Part shown: piece by piece, positions 1-12,218 of the stretch | How positions within the stretch are numbered: the stretch's first letter is position 1 | Layout of the letters: each line of letters starts with the position of its first letter | NCBI GenBank assembly: GCA_973895155.1 | Contig: OZ316895.1 | Span: 6,994,184 to 7,058,183 of the forward strand | Source of the DNA: Marsupella aquatica | Taxonomy: Eukaryota > Plantae > Marchantiophyta | Length of the DNA: 64,000 nt | Reading direction: 5' to 3' | Notes under the pieces: generated by a model | Told to the model about the DNA's origin: nothing | What the model saw: the letters and a program-made list of their open reading frames with translations, nothing else | Databases searched by the model: none | Translations under genes and position numbers: made by a program

Positions 1-22
1 AGTATTTCTTAATTATCCTGTA

Positions 23-1058
23 TTGCATAATGATGGAAACTTGACAGTCACAATCCTGCAAAGGGTGTTTCACGAATGGGAAGAAAAGCCTGGTGGCTTG
101 CCGCCTGTTCTCTATCTTCAACTTGATAATACCAGTAGAGAAAATAAAAATAATTTACTCTTTGCCTATCTTCATATGTTAATTCGAAGAAAGGTTTTTC
201 GGAAAATCAAACTAGGATTCTTGTTGGTTGGACACACACACGACCAAATAGATCAAATGTTCAGTCGATTTTCTAAACGACTAGCAAGGTTTAAGGCATT
301 CACATACGAAAGCCTATGTGATATTATTTGCGAATCATATCAACCCCAACCAAATATCACTCTTTTAAAGGAAACATATGATTTCCGTCAATATGCCTTC
401 TTAGATCCACCTTTAGTCATTGAAAGGATTTGAAATGTTACCTTCCACCACCAGTACAAATTTGCACTTGACAAGTTGGAAGATCAAGTTCCAACCCAAT
501 GGGGGAAGAAGTTTTCCACGGACTCAACTTGGAAACCTGACGGAGGCGTGAAATTTTTAGGGAAGAGGAGCCAGAAAAGGTGATGGGTTGTGCTCCCGGA
601 TTACCCCTTTTCAAAAAGGGGGATAAGAACGTTACAAGGACTCAACCAAATATGTCTAGTTCTTCAAGAATGACTTTGAAGGAGATGGATGATTCGTTAA
701 ATGAGATTCAAAAGGGAATACTTGCAGTTGAAACTTTATTCTCAGAAGAGGAAGTGAACTGGTGGAGAATGTTTTTTGAAGAGCAGTGGGAATTGAATAA
801 ATCCTTGCTCCTTGATCAAAGACCATTGATTTTCCCTTTTCAATGGCCATGTTCCCAAGGGGAGATTGCTGTTGCTGCTGAAGTTCCCAGAGTCCTTGTC
901 AATGAAGAGGAAATTGAAGAGAGAGTATACGGACCTACCAGAGATATATACGTGGGTCCTTATCGGAATCAAGGAAAGATAGATGCAGAGAAGGAGAATA
1001 TGGAAGGAGACTTTTCCGATCTTGAAGTCAACACTTATATTTCTGTTGCTAGAGATGT
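23..1058 (+). pseudogene. Fragment of a DDD-type DNA transposase (Sola-like / DUF7869-like), disrupted
   Basis: Motifs LYLQLDNTSRENKN and FLLVGHTHDQIDQMFS. After the TGA at 431-433 the same frame continues plausibly (NVTFHHQYKF...WGKKFSTDSTWKPDGG), then shifts into ORF 580. The 5' part lies outside the window; the 3' limit is approximate. Confidence 0.55.
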
Positions 1059-1569
1059 TGTCAACTTTTCCTTTTTCAAATTGCCTTTACCACTTATTCA
1101 TGAATTCATGGTTAAAGTTTCTTGAGAAATTTTTAGTTTAATATTTTCTTAGTGGGTTGTGTTTCAATTCAATTGGATGGTGTCATTTCTATCCTCCTTG
1201 TCTTCTTTTCACAATAATGTGTATCAGGCTAAGTTGTAGTAGTTTATTTTCTGGTTTTTAAATGACAATGGCTTTTGGAGGTGATTTAGTTATCGGTTCA
1301 AGAGACAGCTCGTGTAATTGTGAGACCATTGTAGATAATAGTGTTGTATTTGAGGTCATTTATTGGTGGAATGTATTTTCAGATAAATTTGGTCATTTTT
1401 AGGCTATCAAAACATAGCTAGTTTATGTCATATTTTGTTCGCTCCATATTTTTGTTCTAAAATAGGTGCTAATTTTGGCACTTTTTCTGACTTTTTCGTT
1501 GTTTTTCTGATTTTTTGGCTAGAGTTCCTAAAGTATGGGCTTGTTACTCATCATTTAAGGCTTCTTGTT

Positions 1570-2098
1570 AATAGCCAGGTCGCGGTGAGGGGTGCTTTGG
1601 TGTGTTGTTTTGAGTATTTAGGGGGAGAGCCCCGTAGTAGTGAGGGGGGGAACTCAGTCTAGTGTTTGCTTAGGGAAGTTAGCTCATAGCCAGAATAGGG
1701 AATCAAGCCAGAGTAGTGAGGTAAAGGTGTAGCACTTGCCCCAGTGAGGCAGTAGTTGTACAGACGGCAGGAGACCGGGTTGTCCTTGCAATGTGTTACT
1801 ACGTTTTGCCAAAAGATATGGATTTGGTTTGATTCCTCAAGTTTTGGTGTTACCTTTTCTGGTTCACAATTGTGTTCTTTCCCCAAGAAGCGTCTAAGGA
1901 ATCCTTGCACGGTTTGGTCAACCATGTGAGTAGGAGGGGTGGTGATAGCACTCCACCAACAACCAGTAGGAGTGTGTGTGTGTGTGTGGCGTAGTCCATG
2001 GGACTTGATCAAAAGCAGAGCAGCTAGTCGGTAGACTTGATCAAAAATTATATTTCCGGGAGTGGAAATAAACATACTCATCCTACATGCAATAGAAT
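1570..2098 (+). repeat. E1 5' LTR, left part (5'-truncated, interrupted by A1)
   Basis: Near-identical to 45984-46512 (atagccaggtcg...ctcatcctacatgcaatagaat). Confidence 0.88.
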
Positions 2099-2213
2099 TG
2101 TGATGCCTAGCCAGGAATCACTGGGCTAGTTTTAGGGGAAAAGGGAAGTGTACCCTAGAAACACCTTAGCATAGTTACATAAATAAGGAAAATATAAACA
2201 ATTAAGGGTGACT

Positions 2214-3419
2214 ATGGAACCCGAGCCGAGGCCAGAAGTAAGGACGCCAGGGGAGAGAACACGATTAGGGTTAGGGCACGCTAAGTGCCGGCGGCTAGGG
2301 GTAACCAACGGGAGGGAGAACCAGAGGAGGAGAGGGGTAAGGACCGCTAGTGAGGAATAGTGGCTCATTTGCAAACACGAACTGGGCAGGCGACTACGGG
2401 CGGCCAACTACTGTCAACTGCTTAGGCAAGCCCTTAGGGTGGGAATAGATACCGACTATCAACTCGAGAAGGGAAAGGGCATTGAAGGGGGAGCTCGAGG
2501 TTATCCGCGGAGCCCTTGAGCAGAAGGAGGCCGAACTAGGGAAATCCTATCAAGGGATTATTGCGCTGCAGCAGGATGTGTCCCTGACGGCCAGCTTCAA
2601 AGCCGACCTGCGTGAGAAGGACAATATGCTCGATCAGACTTACACCAAGATGAACCAGATGGAGTCTATCATCATTGCAAAGCTCGACAAGGAGTTAAGA
2701 GCAACCCGGGAGGAGAGAGCTGCGTTTAAAAAGGAATTGGAGGAAGCCCAGAAGGAGCTGGAGGAGGCGTGCAAGGACCTAGACGAAGTGCAGGAAGAGT
2801 TGGAGGAAAGCACGCGAAAGCTAGAGAACTTACAACGACGAGCCGACAACCAAACAGAGCGGAGCGGCTGAAGAAACAAGCCGCAGTATTTAAGTGCTTG
2901 GCTTCATCAGGGCCAACTCAAATTGAGGCCACTAAGTTACCAGGAGTGGTACTGGCCGAAGGACAAGCCGCGCCATTTGCACCAGTGCCGGAAGTAAGTG
3001 GGAAGGGGAAGGGGCCAGCTGCCAAACCAGAAAAGAAGAAGAAGCGGAAACCTTCAGGGTCAAGGAGTAATACGGCTCCATAGGTAGTGGTGACCATGGA
3101 GGTAAACCCAGCACCGACCTACGGCAGGATTACGGCAGAGGATCCAACTACCCTAGAAGAAGGGGATGACAAAGCCGAGGCCAGGATACTCGGTAATGAA
3201 GCCGAGGTACCCAATCCGCCACTTGAGTGTGCAGGGGAGGCCGTAGCCGAGGCTGATGTTGAAGCCGATGCCGTGGCCGATGCCGGGGGTGGACCCAGTC
3301 AGGCCGATGGAGAGTTGACTCAGTCAAGGGCAGGTAATCTGTCAGAGAACGAACCTACGGTAGTGGCTGAGGAGGAAGCATTGGGGGCGTCCACTGAGGA
3401 ACAGACACCGCTGCCATGA
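2214..3419 (+). pseudogene. Remnant of the unit-A ORF (N-terminus joined to the coiled-coil C-terminus)
   Basis: Matches the A2 ORF start (MEPEPRPEVRT), jumps ~2.4 kb of A2 sequence near 2468, then ELGKSYQGI...RRADNQTER. A short GGAGC duplication near 2860 shifts the frame, and there is a stop at 3081-3083. Confidence 0.85.
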
Positions 3420-3883
3420 CGGTGGTGGAGGGCCGCTCCTTTCAAGGAGGGCGGATGTGGAGGGAGGAGGCGTGAGTGGGCAGGGCGGGCTCAGATCTCT
3501 AAGTTTAGGATTAGGATCAGGACCAGGAGACACTTAGCTTAGTGGGATTGTGGTTCCACTGGTAAGAGCAACACTTGTACTCCTGCCTCGCTGTACATAG
3601 ATAGATCCAGTTAGGTAGATTCAGTTAGGTAGATTAGGCTTACGCTGCAAAGAATTAGGCGGATCCACTACCAGGATAAGTACCTGGGCAGCGGGGAGCT
3701 AAGGGCCTCTTCTTTAGCAAGTTTTTAGTTGCACCAGCCGGGCTGGGATCAAGTAGTAAGAGAAGCTCTCGGTTAGTCATACAGTGACCCTTGTGTATAT
3801 TCATGTTTCCTCATGCCTAAGAGCTGAATAGAGTTGGCCTCACGGCTTAGTTCGCAGAGCTTGTGTATGAGATGTACTGTTTG

Positions 3884-4075
3884 CACTAGTAGAAACCGGG
3901 GCAATTTAGACCATACCTTATAGGACTATGCCTACTAAGTCCTTTTTCCATACTTAAAACGACTCGCACCCATTGCACCGGTTTTGTTGAAGACTAGAAA
4001 AGACTATGAGAGTTTTATGGTTCACTAAAAGACTATGAGAAGTAACCTTGCTACTTTGTGAAGGGTGACTAGTCT
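3884..4075. repeat. CACTA left TIR and subterminal repeats
   Basis: cactagtagaaaccggggcaatttagacc followed by repeated AAAAGACT/ACGACT/AGGACT motifs. Confidence 0.85.
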
Positions 4076-4545
4076 AGCACATCATGGGTAATGTTCACTC
4101 TATGTTGAGGAGGGGTAATTCTCCTTCATCTTTGAGCCGAAAGCACCGACGTCTATCGAGTGCCAAAGAACTGCTGGAGATCGAGCGAATTCACACTCTC
4201 AGATGTGGGTCGTGTCAAATTGTTTCCTCCATTGATGGCAGCCTTCTGTGAGATTGATTTATACTGTGTGGCTATCTGGGAGTTTTGTCGACTCATTTGA
4301 CACCAATACTCCCGTGATTTCCTCATACATAGTGCCACTGCCCCCCCGCATTGTGTTCAATCCCTATAGCTTATAGCTGCACCACTCTTGGTGGCCCTTG
4401 CTCATGCCTTGGTTTTTTTTTCTTTTTCCCATTACAGTATACACCCCCTTCTTACTAATCAGGTGGATTAATTTAGTACTAGACAATGCTTTGACACTTT
4501 ACACTTACACTATGCTGACCTACTGCGCCTTCTAGTGCTTATTCC

Positions 4546-7500
4546 CTAGTTGTTACTTACCCCGTCACATAGCTCCTCTCTTAATTGCGAAGCGCCCCCG
4601 CGAGCACCATACTCCTCCTCCGTGTAATACTTCTTTAGACGTTCTTGATTGATCCGTGTGTTGAGTAGTTGCCCCTCCAATGTCCTGAGTTGAACTGATC
4701 CGTTGGAGTAGACGGCGTCTACTACGTAGGGCCCCATCCAACGTGTATGCAACTTCGCCGGGAAATGCATAAAACGACTATCGTACAGGAGTACCAAATC
4801 TCCCTCCTCAATGGACACACGACGGAGACGAGAATCGTAATGTGACTTCCGTTTGCTTTGCTCCTGCTCCGTACGGGTCAAAGCCTCTTCTCGTGTCTCA
4901 GTGAGTTGCTCCAACTGTTGGATCCGTGCAGCTACACTTCTTTCTTCCCCTTCCCTTTGCCGTGTGAGGATCCGAATGGTGGGCACTTCAAATTCCACCG
5001 GCACAAGAGAGTGTTGTCCAAACACAAGGAAATAGGGGCTGTGGCCCGTGGTAGTCTTGTGAGCCAGGTTGTAGGCGTAAGTAGCAGCCAACAACTTGAA
5101 ATCCCAATCGGTCTTGTGAGCTGATACCGTCTTGTTAAGAATCGTGCCCATGATCCCGTTTGCTCTCTCAGTGAGCCCGTTGGCTCGAGGATGGTACGGA
5201 GTGGTCTTCCTATGTGAGATCAGGTAGTTCTCCGTCAGACGTTCAATTGTATGATTGAGAAAGTGAGTACCCCTGTCACTCACCAGCTCCAATGGGGGAC
5301 CAAATCGTGTAAAAATCTGCTCGTACAAAAAACGTGCCGTGGTGTTGGCATCATCCTTGGCAGTGGCTCGGGCCTCCACCCACTTTGTGGCATAGTCCGT
5401 TGCAAGAATGATGTAGCGCTTCCTCCCTCTTCTAGTGATGGGAGTGAAGGGGCCAATGAAATCAACCCCCCACTTCTCAAAGGGTGCCAGAGGAAGTATG
5501 GGCACCAATGGGTGGCGTGAGGAGGGCCCTGGCTTGCCTTGCCGCTGGCACGGATCACATCGCTGGATGTACCGGTGTACATCCCGAAAGAGAGTTGGCC
5601 ACCAATATCCAGCATCTAGTATTTTCCTTGCGGTGGTCTCCCGTGCAAAGTGGCCACCAGCTTCCTCCTCATGTAGTGCTGCCATGACTGTACGTATCTC
5701 AGCTTCCTCCAAACAACAACGAAGGCGGCCATCCATGCCATACTTGTGAAGTACTCCCTTCACAAGCAAGTAGGGACCTGTCTTACGTAAAAACACTGCT
5801 GCTCTCTCCGGGCCCAAACGTGAGGGAACTCTCGCCGTACGGAGAAATTCCAAAATTTCTCCATACCAAGTAGTGGCCTCCGTAGTCACGCTGAACACTT
5901 CTTCATCCGGGAACCGATCATCAATCTCCTGTGAGTCAGATGCTCCCTCAATACGGGAGAAGAAGTCTGCATTGTTGTGATTCTTCCCCGGTCTCACTCT
6001 CACCTCATAGTTGAACTCTTGCAACAACAAAACCCAACGTGCAATTCTTCCCGACAAGTCTGGCTTGTTGACCATGTACTTCAAACTATTGTGATCCGTG
6101 TGGAACACAACCTTGTAACCCAACAAATAATGACAATACTTCTTACAAGCATAAATGATACCAAGTGCCTCCCTATCGGTGGGTGAGTAGTTCTTTTCTG
6201 CCGGGGCCAACTGCCTACTGGCAAAGTAGATGGGATGGTCCCTTCCATCATCATCCAACTGACTCAACACGGCACCGATGCAAAATCCTGATACGTCTAC
6301 GTAAACATGGAACTCCTTATTCCAATTAGGCGTAATGAGTACGGGGGCCTCTAGCAAACGTTTCTTCAATTCATCAAAAGCAGCCTGTCGGGGTGGAGTA
6401 GGTTCAAATTCACTTCCCTTCTTCAACATGGAGGTGAGTGGCATGGCTACCTTGGCAAAGTCTTTGATGAAGCGTCGATAGTATCCAACACACCCTAAGA
6501 ACCCTCTCACTTCCTTTACGTTCTTGGGAAATGAGACTGCTACCCACACGGCCACCTTCTCGCGGTCAACTTCAATCCCCCGTGCAGACACTTTGTGGCC
6601 CAATAGGATCCCCTCCTCAATTCCAAAGAAACATTTCTCAGGATGCAGCCTCAAGCAAGTCTCCCGGCACCGCTGAAAAGTCAACCGTAAGTGTTCCGGA
6701 TGCTTGACTCGTTTGCCATAGACAGCAAAGTCGTCAATAAAGATCTCCAAGAACCTGCGTAAAAAGTCATGAAATATATTCATCATGAGCCGCTGGAACA
6801 TGCCAGGGGCATTGCACAACCCAAAAGGCATTCTACGGAATGCAAAAATCCCCCACTCCGTAGTGAAAGCCGTCTTGAGTTGGTCCTCCTCCCGTATCCA
6901 AATTTGGTTGTAGCCAGAGTAGCCATCCAAGAAGCTGTAAATCTCCCAACCAGCTACCATATCCAACACGATATCGGTAAACGGCAGTGGGTAGTGATCC
7001 TTCTTGGTCGCCTCATTCAACTTTCGAAAATCTTGGCACACCCGTATTTTCACCTTCCCGTCTGGCCCCTTCTTCTTGGGCACGATCACGATGGGTGACA
7101 CCCACTCACTATGCATGACCGGATAAATGAAGCCTGCATCCAACAAACGGTCAATCTCCTCCTTCACCATGAGTGAGTACTTGGGGTTGAGGCGGTATTG
7201 GCGTTGCCTCACAGGTCGTGCTCCTGACATCAGGTCAATGCTGTGCTCACCAAACTCAGGTGGCACTCCTTTCAAATCTTGGTGGCCCCACGCAAATACG
7301 TCTTGGTACTCCTTCAACAATTCTTGAATCTTGCGTTGCTCCGTAGCATCCAACTTACTACCAATGTTGAGTGTCTTGCCCTCACCCACTTCCACCTTGG
7401 TGTACTGCTCCGGCCTGATCACGTCCAACTTGTTGCGTGTCTCCTCATCAAAGGTCTCTTCCAACCGTGCGAGCCTCATCCCTCCATACACAGGTGCATC

Positions 7501-8346
7501 ACTCTCCTCCTGGTCTGGCCGGGTTGGAGGTGGATCTTTTGTCACATGGGCCATCATTTCTTCCACATCAGATTCTTTGTAATGTGACAGTAGCTCCTCT
7601 CTAAATTCTTCATCCAAGAGGTCATTCAACCACTCCTCCCTTCGTTCATCGTCAAACAAGATGGCTTGAGCTTCCTGGCCCTCCTCCTCCGTTTGTTCCT
7701 CCTCCTGAGTATCAACAAGCTGGGCCATTGGTGGTGTAGGTGGCTCTTCTCTGGTTTTCTTCTGCACAACACAACTTTGGTCAAGTGGTACCTCCTGAAT
7801 TCTCTCCTCGGGGGTAGCAGCTTGTGGGCCAAATACATCTTCCTCCGTCAGATGAGAAATCAGCTTCACCATGTATACTTCATCCTCGTCCTCATCTGAG
7901 GTGACCTCTGAATCATATTGCTCTTCCATAGAGGTAGTCTCCCCTTGAGGTGACTCCGCTGACCAGGGAATGGTAATAGTGGGGGTGCCAAACCGAAATT
8001 GCCGTTTGCCCCAATCACTTGTGACCTTGGCCACATACAACCATGGCCTGCCAATTAAGATGGGAAAACCGTATGGCCGAACGGGTCGCATCACCAAATA
8101 GTTGAGGGGGAAAGATTTTCCCCCAATCATTGTTGGAATCTTGGTGAGACACCCCAACGGCACCACCCGTGCACCATCAGCCAACCTCATGGCACGTGCT
8201 GGTGGCTCTAACTCCGTATACCCCAACCGGTTTGCCGTCTCCTTAGTCATGATGTTGACTCCCGAGCCCCCGTCCACCGGTACAAACCGTATTGCACATC
8301 CGTTGATGTCTACCGTGAGTTCTGGGGCACCCAAATCCTCCGTGAC
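4546..8346 (-). CDS. pol: Retrotransposon Pol: protease - RT - RNase H - integrase (GPY motif, no chromodomain)
   Basis: VDGGSGVNIM (protease); FLDGYSGYNQI, MPFGLCNAP, IFIDDF (RT); VYVDVS, DREAL, TDH, NADFFSR (RNase H); H-H-C-C zinc finger, WGVDFIGP, SDRG, NGLTER (integrase); WMGPYVV. Open over ~1260 codons. Confidence 0.95.
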   Translation of the reverse strand, partial: VTEDLGAPELTVDINGCAIRFVPVDGGSGVNIMTKETANRLGYTELEPPARAMRLADGARVVPLGCLTKIPTMIGGKSFPLNYLVMRPVRPYGFPILIGRPWLYVAKVTSDWGKRQFRFGTPTITIPWSAESPQGETTSMEEQYDSEVTSDEDEDEVYMVKLISHLTEEDVFGPQAATPEERIQEVPLDQSCVVQKKTREEPPTPPMAQLVDTQEEEQTEEEGQEAQAILFDDERREEWLNDLLDEEFREELLSHYKESDVEEMMAHVTKDPPPTRPDQEESDAPVYGGMRLARLEETFDEETRNKLDVIRPEQYTKVEVGEGKTLNIGSKLDATEQRKIQELLKEYQDVFAWGHQDLKGVPPEFGEHSIDLMSGARPVRQRQYRLNPKYSLMVKEEIDRLLDAGFIYPVMHSEWVSPIVIVPKKKGPDGKVKIRVCQDFRKLNEATKKDHYPLPFTDIVLDMVAGWEIYSFLDGYSGYNQIWIREEDQLKTAFTTEWGIFAFRRMPFGLCNAPGMFQRLMMNIFHDFLRRFLEIFIDDFAVYGKRVKHPEHLRLTFQRCRETCLRLHPEKCFFGIEEGILLGHKVSARGIEVDREKVAVWVAVSFPKNVKEVRGFLGCVGYYRRFIKDFAKVAMPLTSMLKKGSEFEPTPPRQAAFDELKKRLLEAPVLITPNWNKEFHVYVDVSGFCIGAVLSQLDDDGRDHPIYFASRQLAPAEKNYSPTDREALGIIYACKKYCHYLLGYKVVFHTDHNSLKYMVNKPDLSGRIARWVLLLQEFNYEVRVRPGKNHNNADFFSRIEGASDSQEIDDRFPDEEVFSVTTEATTWYGEILEFLRTARVPSRLGPERAAVFLRKTGPYLLVKGVLHKYGMDGRLRCCLEEAEIRTVMAALHEEEAGGHFARETTARKILDAGYWWPTLFRDVHRYIQRCDPCQRQGKPGPSSRHPLVPILPLAPFEKWGVDFIGPFTPITRRGRKRYIILATDYATKWVEARATAKDDANTTARFLYEQIFTRFGPPLELVSDRGTHFLNHTIERLTENYLISHRKTTPYHPRANGLTERANGIMGTILNKTVSAHKTDWDFKLLAATYAYNLAHKTTTGHSPYFLVFGQHSLVPVEFEVPTIRILTRQREGEERSVAARIQQLEQLTETREEALTRTEQEQSKRKSHYDSRLRRVSIEEGDLVLLYDSRFMHFPAKLHTRWMGPYVVDAVYSNGSVQLRTLEGQLLNTRINQERLKKYYTEEEYGARGGASQLREELCDGVSNN

Positions 8347-10937
8347 CTAGTTGACTTGTATGGGGTCAACCCCGACTTTGGGTAACCTTCGTCTACGTCT
8401 CCTCCTCATAAGAATCTCCTTGACTTGGCGGCGGTAGAGGGAGCTATCACGTAGCAGTTGCCCAATCGTGGCACTGGCTGGACAATCTAGAATATCTTGA
8501 GCAATGTTGTACGCAGTTGCAGGAGGTATGGGTGGGATGACCTCCTCTCCTGGTTTCCAACGAACAACCTTCTCCTCCGCTTTCTTTCTGGCCTTTGCCT
8601 CCTCTAGGTCTTTGTCAATGGCCGCTTGCATGGCTTGTGCTTCTAGTTGCTCCAACTGCTTGCGTACCTCTTTTCCCACCTTTGGGTAGAACAACTTGGG
8701 GTTATCCCGGTCAAAGTCGCTATCTTCCATGGGTGGCACCTCCGGTTCGTGTGAGGTGCCCGATGTGGAAGCTTGATGCACCTCCTTGTACTTCTGCTTG
8801 AGTTCAGACTTGTCCTTCTTTTTCCCAGACCGAGTGGAGACCCGGTAACAAGAGTAGTGTCTCCTCTCATCATCACTGTCCACCTCCGGCAAATTTTCAG
8901 TGTGAGTCCACTCATGACTTGGGGACCGTGTGTGCTCAACAACTTCCGCAGAGACAACGACCACCAAAGGCGCCTCCACAACTGGAGATACTACAACGAC
9001 TGATGGTACTAACTGTTCCTTGATGGTGACCAGCCTCTGCTTGGGAACGTCCACTACGGGCTCTTCCCGTTTGGTGACCAACTCCTTTGCAGGGATGAAC
9101 TCAAGCGGGTCAACCGCTTCCGTGGCAAGAAAGTTGACGTTGGCTTCTTTGAGCGGGGGTGGTGGTCCCTTCTTCTCCGGTCCTCCAGCTTGTTGAGCCT
9201 TGATTGCTTCCAAGGTTGGACAGTGTGGTGCAAGATGACCCTCCCCCTTGCACAATTGACACAACCGGGCAAAATCTCCGTTCCCTTGACGTGTGGGCTC
9301 CGGGCACGCGTTAGCGTAGTGGCCAGCCACTCTACAATTGTAACAAATAGGAATCTTCCTCACTCCAGGATACGGTGGCCTATTTCCGGGAGTAGCGTTG
9401 GAATAGTTAGCATATGGGGGTGCTCCAGCGTTAGTTGAGATCCCATGAATGCTCCTTGGTCCCGGGTTGAGCAGCTGCACACTATACACATTGGACTCCG
9501 GTGGCTCCTCCATGAAGTACTCAACAGGCCCCTCCGCTGCATAGGAAGAGGTTGAGTAGCTGGCTCCTTCAACGTCCTCCTCCCGTACTTGGAAAACCTT
9601 GGCTGGTTCTCCCGCTGGGCACTCTTTCGGGGCATGACCAAACTTCATGCACTTGGTGCACCACACGTTGGCTCTCTCTACTGGAACCTTCCTCCTCTCT
9701 GGCTTGAGACCTGCAAAGTGCACCTTCAACGCTTTCATTTGCTCTGTCAACTCATCATACCTGGCCTCTTGCTCCTTGAGACGTCTTGCCGTAGATAATG
9801 GGGTAATGGCCACCGTGGGTATCATCACTTCTCGATGAGACGACTTCTTGGTCTTCTTGGACAACTTCTTCTTCCTCTTCTTTCGCTTCTCAGCTTCTGA
9901 CTCCGTAGTGTCCGACTCCGTAGCGCTCTCAGAATCCTCAGATTCATCACTACTATCCGACTCAGATCCATTGGATTCATCACTAGACGAACTGTCAACC
10001 GGCTTCAGCTTCTTTCTTCGGCAATGCTTGCTTGTGGCATCAGCTGCAGTGTATGACTCCGCTGCTGCAATAGCTTCACCCAATGTGGTTGCCTTGGCTT
10101 GACGTACAAAGAACCCCATCTTGCTTGGTAGGGCAGCTACAAACCACGCTTGACGCATAGCATCATCGGTACGGGCTTGTATCCGTCGTACTAACTTCTG
10201 GAACCTTTGCAAAAACCTCCGTAATGACTCCTTCTTCTTCATCCTAAGTTGGCCCACCTTCAATAGCGATGTGGCCTCCACTCCGATGGATCTGAACTCC
10301 TTCAAGAAGGCTTGCTTGAACAAAGCCCAATCGGCTTTTACGTTGGGCAACAACGAAATAAACCATGGGCCTGCCTCCCCTCTCATCATTCCAGGAATGA
10401 TAGTGAGCTTATGTGCAGACTCCCCATTAGCTTCGGCAATCCCTTCAAACTCCTCAATCCATTTGTCTGGATCATCTTTTGGTCTCCCCTTGAAGGGTAC
10501 ATACTGAACACGGGTATGTTGTGCAGCTGCCATCGGTGCAGCTGGTGCCTGTATCAACACAGGTAGTAATGGCGTACGTTGGGCCACTGGTAACAGCACC
10601 GATGATAGGTGTGAGACGATTTGTGGCAATGCAGTGAGCTCTGGAATGAGATTTTGTTGCAACTCAGACTGCACCAACACAAAGGGCTCTCCTTCTTCTA
10701 GCTCGTGATCTACGTCTGGCTCTTCGTCTAGGCGTATGGCCTCATTACGTTGAGCCTCTCCTGGTTGCACACCAACTTGTTCTTCCAGCACCAGTGGCAA
10801 CCTCCTCTCTTCTGCAAGCCGTAAGCGTTCTTCGGCAGCAACACGTCGTCTGGTCCCAATCCAACCCCTTCTAGCTCGGGTAGTGGGGTACGTGTGTGTT
10901 GGGGACTTCCTCTACCTCCCCTTCTCCCTCTCGGCAT
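8347..10937 (-). CDS. gag: Retrotransposon Gag with three CCHC zinc knuckles (one frameshift near the start, TAG at the gag/pol junction)
   Basis: PFKGRPKDDPDKWIEEF capsid-like region; knuckles CTKCMKFGHAPKEC, CYNCRVAGHYANAC, CQLCKGEGHLAPHC. The start MPRGRRGGR at 10937 is in frame with gag in copy E1 but shifted here near 10850. Confidence 0.88.
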
Positions 10938-11152
10938 CCCATTGAGACCTGCATTCCAAACTCACACCATTGTCTCAGAAAGCAATCTTTGTGAATATCA
11001 ACCGTCGCACGATGCGTTGTGGTTGACGTACAATAACAAAGTAACCAACAAACTTCTCACGTATCAACCGTCGCAAGTTGCGTTGTGGTTGATAGGCTTG
11101 AATTCCAAATAGACGTAGCTCCCCTCTTTGTGTAGTCAAACAAGAAGAAGGG

Positions 11153-11170
11153 TCCCCGGCAGCGGCGCCA
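11153..11170 (-). promoter_or_regulatory. Primer-binding site (Athila-type, tRNA-Asp-like) of E3
   Basis: TGGCGCCGCTGCCGGGGA on the minus strand, 19 nt from the LTR end. Confidence 0.8.
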
Positions 11171-11600
11171 AAAACAAGGACCACACTTATGTCACTTGCC
11201 TATCCAACGATTAATACGTGCAAACCGTACTTTTTCTTGCTTAAACCGTTGGTATCATATTACGGGGTCGTGGAGGGACGCTATTTGGAGGATTTCCACA
11301 CCTAAGGTTGAGTATGTTTGATTCCGCTCCCGGAAGTGTACTTTTTGATCAAGTCTACCGACTGGTCTCTCCGTTTTTGATCAAGTCCAAGGGACTGGTC
11401 CTACCATCTACAACTCATGCCCACCGGGTGAGTGCTGTCACCACCCCCCTCCTCTCTTGGGCAAGCATACCAACATTTACAATAAGATTTGAACACTAGT
11501 GACAAGGGCAAATGTTTCCACAATGACACCGACCACACGCACTAGGGGAGGAAAACAAACAACACAAGCAACCACAAGTGACACACAAAATATTGGAACC

Positions 11601-12218
11601 TCAAGCCAAATCCATATCTCTTGGTGTTTCTCGTAACACATGCAAGGGCAACCCGGCCTCCTGCCGTCTGCCCAACTCCTGCCTCCCGGGGACAAGTGCT
11701 ACGTTCTCCACCTCACTACTCTGGCTTGAACTTCTCCTAATCGGTGCGCTACTCACAAAAGCTACTCCAAAGCATCCAAGTACTATGCTGAGTTTTCCCC
11801 TGATGTGCCGAGGTGTGAATGAGAATTTCTGATTCTCCAGAAACAGCAGCCTAGCCAACTCTACATGGGGCACTACACGTTTGAGACATTCAAAGTAGAT
11901 TCCCTCCGTTCGTAACTCCATCCCGGCCTCAATGTCCCAGCTCTTCCCCGGGGGGATGGTAATCTCCACCTTCATGAATTCTGTAACCCCGGTGGCTTGG
12001 AAAATATTCCGACAATCCTCTATCACCTTGGCGGAGGTCTTGGGATAAATTCGACGAAAAATCCTCCTACCCACCGGCGTGGAACCTGCTGCCAATCCCG
12101 TGCTCATCGTAGCTTCTCTCTCTTCTCTCTCCCTTGAAATCAAAGTCTCCACGTAGTCACGGTAAGCAGCCTTGTATCTCCGAATGCGTGCCACACTGAA
12201 CTCCGGTTGATCTAGCAT
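11601..12218 (-). CDS. Hypothetical 205-aa ORF inside the E3 LTR
   Basis: ATG-initiated and protein-like in composition over the first ~130 aa; no family recognised. Confidence 0.35.
   Translation of the reverse strand: MLDQPEFSVARIRRYKAAYRDYVETLISREREEREATMSTGLAAGSTPVGRRIFRRIYPKTSAKVIEDCRNIFQATGVTEFMKVEITIPPGKSWDIEAGMELRTEGIYFECLKRVVPHVELARLLFLENQKFSFTPRHIRGKLSIVLGCFGVAFVSSAPIRRSSSQSSEVENVALVPGRQELGRRQEAGLPLHVLRETPRDMDLA

Noticed and set aside
1550-1554. ATCAT as the left TSD of E1 (matches 46613-46617)
   Set aside because: Not followed by the TGTGAC LTR start; the 5' LTR is truncated and the match is probably chance.
8347-8349. In-frame TAG between gag and pol suggesting programmed stop-codon readthrough
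   Set aside because: The sister copy E1 has TGG at this codon (caagtcaattgggtcacg, ~41900), so a point mutation in a single gag-pol ORF is the simpler reading.
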